64,000 nucleotides of DNA from Monocercomonoides exilis PA203 (lineage: Eukaryota > Protista > Preaxostyla): positions 496,001 to 560,000 of the forward strand of contig LSRY02000043.1 of NCBI GenBank assembly GCA_001643675.2, written 5' to 3'. Shown in pieces: positions 60,247-64,000 of the stretch (its first letter is position 1; each line of letters starts with the position of its first letter). The notes under the pieces were generated by a model. That model saw nothing but the letters and a program-made list of their open reading frames with translations. It did not search any database and was not told the origin of the DNA. Both the position numbers and the translations under genes were made by a program.

Positions 60247-62844
60247 AACTTCAAAGTGCGATATTTAAATCTTCCATTCATTGAACAATTGTTTAAAGAT
60301 ATTTGGAATAATAAAAATTAATTTTGATGAACCCTAAGAATAATTTTCAGATGCTGTTTAATTATTTTGATTATTTGAACTTTCAGAGGTGTTTATTTCT
60401 ATATCGCTGATATGATATGAGTATTCAATTTAATAATATTTTCACATGTTTTGCGTTTGTATTAAAATTTTACCTCGTTAATGTTATTTGACAGAAATGA
60501 ATTTTTGCTAATGATTTAACGATTCAGAGAATGAATTAAGTTCCAAATTCAACGCAAAAATGTAGAAAAATAAGCCATTCTTGCACATGAATAGGTGTTT
60601 ATATTTTTTTTATTAGTTTTGATTCATATTAGTTTTTGCTTTTTCTTTTCGGTTTTTTGATGAAAATAATTGGGCATATTGATTGTGAGAATAGGAAATG
60701 GAATTAACAAGAGACTTTAACAAAGATGATTTGTTCAAATCACATAGCGATAATGTTGATTAAAAGAAAATGGAAGAAGTGGGAAAGTGCTCACCAAAAA
60801 AATGTGATTGGAACAAGAAAAAAAGTTACAGGAAGCAGAGAGAAAGAGATATGAAGATGAAAAGACTATTTTGGAATAAATTGAAAGAAGTGAGATGGAT
60901 AAAAGAAATGCTTTTAAGTTTTGATGAAATGATTGGTTATTAGATGAAAGAGAATTTTAAAAACACGAAAGATGAAGTTTCGAAAAAGATAATTGTTCAT
61001 TGAAGTGTCTTTATTAACATGGTTATTCTATTTCCCTTGAAATGAAGATCAAAATCCGCCTTTGCCGTGCAGAGTTTAATAGTTCCGATTATTTATTTAT
61101 TGGTTTTGAACATTAGAATATCTCCTTTCAATGAGATTGAGTTGTGACTGAGGCAACAGCTGAAAGGTGGAGTGAACATGAGAACTTGATCAAATTAGGG
61201 GATTTTGAAATGTCAAGAAGTAAATATTTGTGAATGACAAAATTTCACACTTATTTGAGGGTGAGTGCAGGACTGTAGAGACGCAACACGCGAGGAGCAT
61301 CGTCCAGGAAAGCATTGACTACACGGTGCATATGAACGAAAATGGATATCAGAGTGATCAGAAAGAACTCAAGCGGAAAGAGCTGAAGGAGGAATGGATA
61401 CTGAGGCTGGATTAGTGTGACATATGGGTGATTCTTTTTGAAAAGTCACAAATGTTTAATTTTCAAATAAAATTAAATTTTCATATTTTGTTCAAATTTC
61501 TGTTTCAGCTCACAAATCTTTTCAAGAATGTTTGAAATAGCATTTTCAAGTGATGGATTCCATATTAGTGAAGTTTAGCTTGTGAAAACAGAAATTTGAA
61601 CAAAATATGAAAATTTAATTTTATTTGAAAATTAAACATTTGTGACTTTTCAAAAAGAATCACCCATATGTCACACTAATCCAGCCTCAGTATCCATTCC
61701 TCCTTCAGCTCTTTCCGCTTGAGTTCTTTCTGATCACTCTGATATCCATTTTCGTTCATATGCACCGTGTAGTCAATGCTTTCCTGGACGATGCTCCTCG
61801 CGTGTTGCGTCTCTACAGTCCTGCACTCACCCTCAAATAAGTGTGAAATTTTGTCATTCACAAATATTTACTTCTTGACATTTCAAAATCCCCTAATTTG
61901 ATCAAGTTCTCATGTTCACTCCACCTTTCAGCTGTTGCCTCAGTCACAACTCAATCTCATTGAAAGGAGATATTCTAATGTTCAAAACCAATAAATAAAT
62001 AATCGGAACTATTAAACTCTGCACGGCAAAGGCGGATTTTGATCTTCATTTCAAGGGAAATAGAATAACCATGTTAATAAAGACACTTCAATGAACAATT
62101 ATCTTTTTCGAAACTTCATCTTTCGTGTTTTTAAAATTCTCTTTCATCTAATAACCAATCATTTCATCAAAACTTAAAAGCATTTCTTTTATCCATCTCA
62201 CTTCTTTCAATTTATTCCAAAATAGTCTTTTCATCTTCATATCTCTTTCTCTCTGCTTCCTGTAACTTTTTTTCTTGTTCCAATCACATTTTTTTGGTGA
62301 GCACTTTCCCACTTCTTCCATTTTCTTTTAATCAACATTATCGCTATGTGATTTGAACAAATCATCTTTGTTAAAGTCTCTTGTTAATTCCATTTCCTAT
62401 TCTCACAATCAATATGCCCAATTATTTTCATCAAAAAACCGAAAAGAAAAAGCAAAAACTAATATGAATCAAAACTAATAAAAAAAATATAAACACCTAT
62501 TCATGTGCAAGAATGGCTTATTTTTCTACATTTTTGCGTTGAATTTGGAACTTAATTCATTCTCTGAATCGTTAAATCATTAGCAAAAATTCATTTCTGT
62601 CAAATAACATTAACGAGGTAAAATTTTAATACAAACGCAAAACATGTGAAAATATTATTAAATTGAATACTCATATCATATCAGCGATATAGAAATAAAC
62701 ACCTCTGAAAGTTCAAATAATCAAAATAATTAAACAGCATCTGAAAATTATTCTTAGGGTTCATCAAAATTAATTTTTATTATTCCAAATATCTTTAAAC
62801 AATTGTTCAATGAATGGAAGATTTAAATATCGCACTTTGAAGTT
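60247..62844. repeat. giant inverted duplication: two 1,259-bp arms with an 80-bp spacer
   Basis: 60247-61505 is the reverse complement of 61586-62844. The coordinate sum is constant (123091) at both ends and for the mirrored ORFs 61230..61415 and 61676..61861, so there is no net indel. Confidence 0.97.
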
Positions 62845-62916
62845 GCCCTGAGCGACGTGAGAAAAAAAGTTTAAAACGTATATCACCAATTTTCTTCTTG
62901 AATATATATATATATA

Positions 62917-63274
62917 GGGTGGTCCTAAATATTTTGCAAAAATTATTAAAAATGGGAAATTGAAAATGAATTATCAAAAAAATTTCGATAAAACTGAATT
63001 CATTTTACATTTATCAGTTTGAAGGTGATCAAATATATGATAAGCTTCAATTTGTTGCAGTTTGGAGCTTCCGAATAACCGAACAATTCATTCCTTGAAA
63101 ATGAATATTTTTCTAAATTTTTGAACTTATATGATTTTTCAAGAATTTGATTGATGGACAAGACGATTGCAATTAATTACAACTTATAATGGTAATTATT
63201 TTTATGAAAGATTTTTTATCATATCAATTTTTGTGCCATAATTAATAATTTTTACAAAATATTTAGGACCACCC
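62917..63274. mobile_element. 358-bp Tc1/mariner-type MITE within a (TA)n tract
   Basis: ~33-bp TIR gggtggtcctaaatattttg(c/t)aaaaattattaa at both ends, about (TA)7 on each side, and no ORF. Confidence 0.88.
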
Positions 63275-64000
63275 TATATATATATATATTTTATCAAATG
63301 ACAAAACATATTTAACATATCAAATTGATGCAAAACTTCCAACAAATGCCTCCATCACAACATAACAACCAAGAGGCGGACCCAAGAAAACTTGTTGTTA
63401 CAATTGAAAATCAAGAAAGACTAATACACCTTTAATTTCCGATAGTGCACAATCAAATGAAAAAATTTATGAAGGGAATGAAGTTTTGGTTTGTTCAAAT
63501 TATCAACAGACTTTGCTTCCTCGAAAATCAAAGTTTATTTGAAATCAAAAGTTATTTCAAATAGTTGGGAAAAGAAATGAGAAGACAAAAAAAGATTTGA
63601 ACAGTCTGTGAACGAAAAATGACAATTCAAATATTTAAAGAACTGAAAATGGATGTGATCAAAATGAGCGGAGTGATGATGAATTTTGCATGAATGAAAG
63701 TGATATAAATTTTGATGAAGAACTGTTGTCAAATCCACAACACAATTGTTCTTTTTGGATGAGTGTTCAAAACAATAAAAGAATTAAAGCAATAAGTAAA
63801 AATCAGAAAAAGGAGAAATCATTAAAAATGAAAAGAAAATAATAGTTGGAGACCTGAGAAAACTTTCAGTTGATTTTTCAACGATTCAACATTTTGAAAT
63901 CAACACCTTAAAAATTTAAATGACATAAAAACACTTGAAGAGAGGGCATAGGTGTAAATTGAACCACTTTTTGTGAGCACTTTTGAAATTTTTTAACTAA

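Noticed and set aside
61230-61861. Two identical convergent 61-aa ORFs as a gene pair
   Set aside because: They are a by-product of the inverted duplication, with a non-ATG start and decayed surrounding sequence.

Overview
AT-rich eukaryotic protist DNA with short GT-AG introns and the standard genetic code. The lineage-typical gene families and S/E/K low-complexity proteins suggest an oxymonad of the Monocercomonoides type (inference). The first ~27 kb and last ~9 kb are mostly decayed: a stop-interrupted receptor pseudokinase, two TA-flanked pogo-type (DDE_1) transposons, a DIRS tyrosine-recombinase retroelement with near-perfect ends and ICR but ruined ORFs, a Sola2-like transposase pseudogene, a PIF/Harbinger/ISL2EU-like transposase, MITEs and a 2.6-kb palindrome. 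The middle holds host genes: RPL24, a divergent Sec23/Sec24 paralog, a 1,500-aa E/R/K helix protein with IQ-like repeats, an intronless 1,478-aa protein with a signal peptide and C-terminal RDEL, and DNAJC21/Jjj1. The best hidden feature is absent from the ORF track: a two-exon, 79-aa SelW/Rdx-family selenoprotein gene (CxxU, with UGA as the first codon after the intron) and a canonical eukaryotic SECIS in its 3' UTR (40758-41300).
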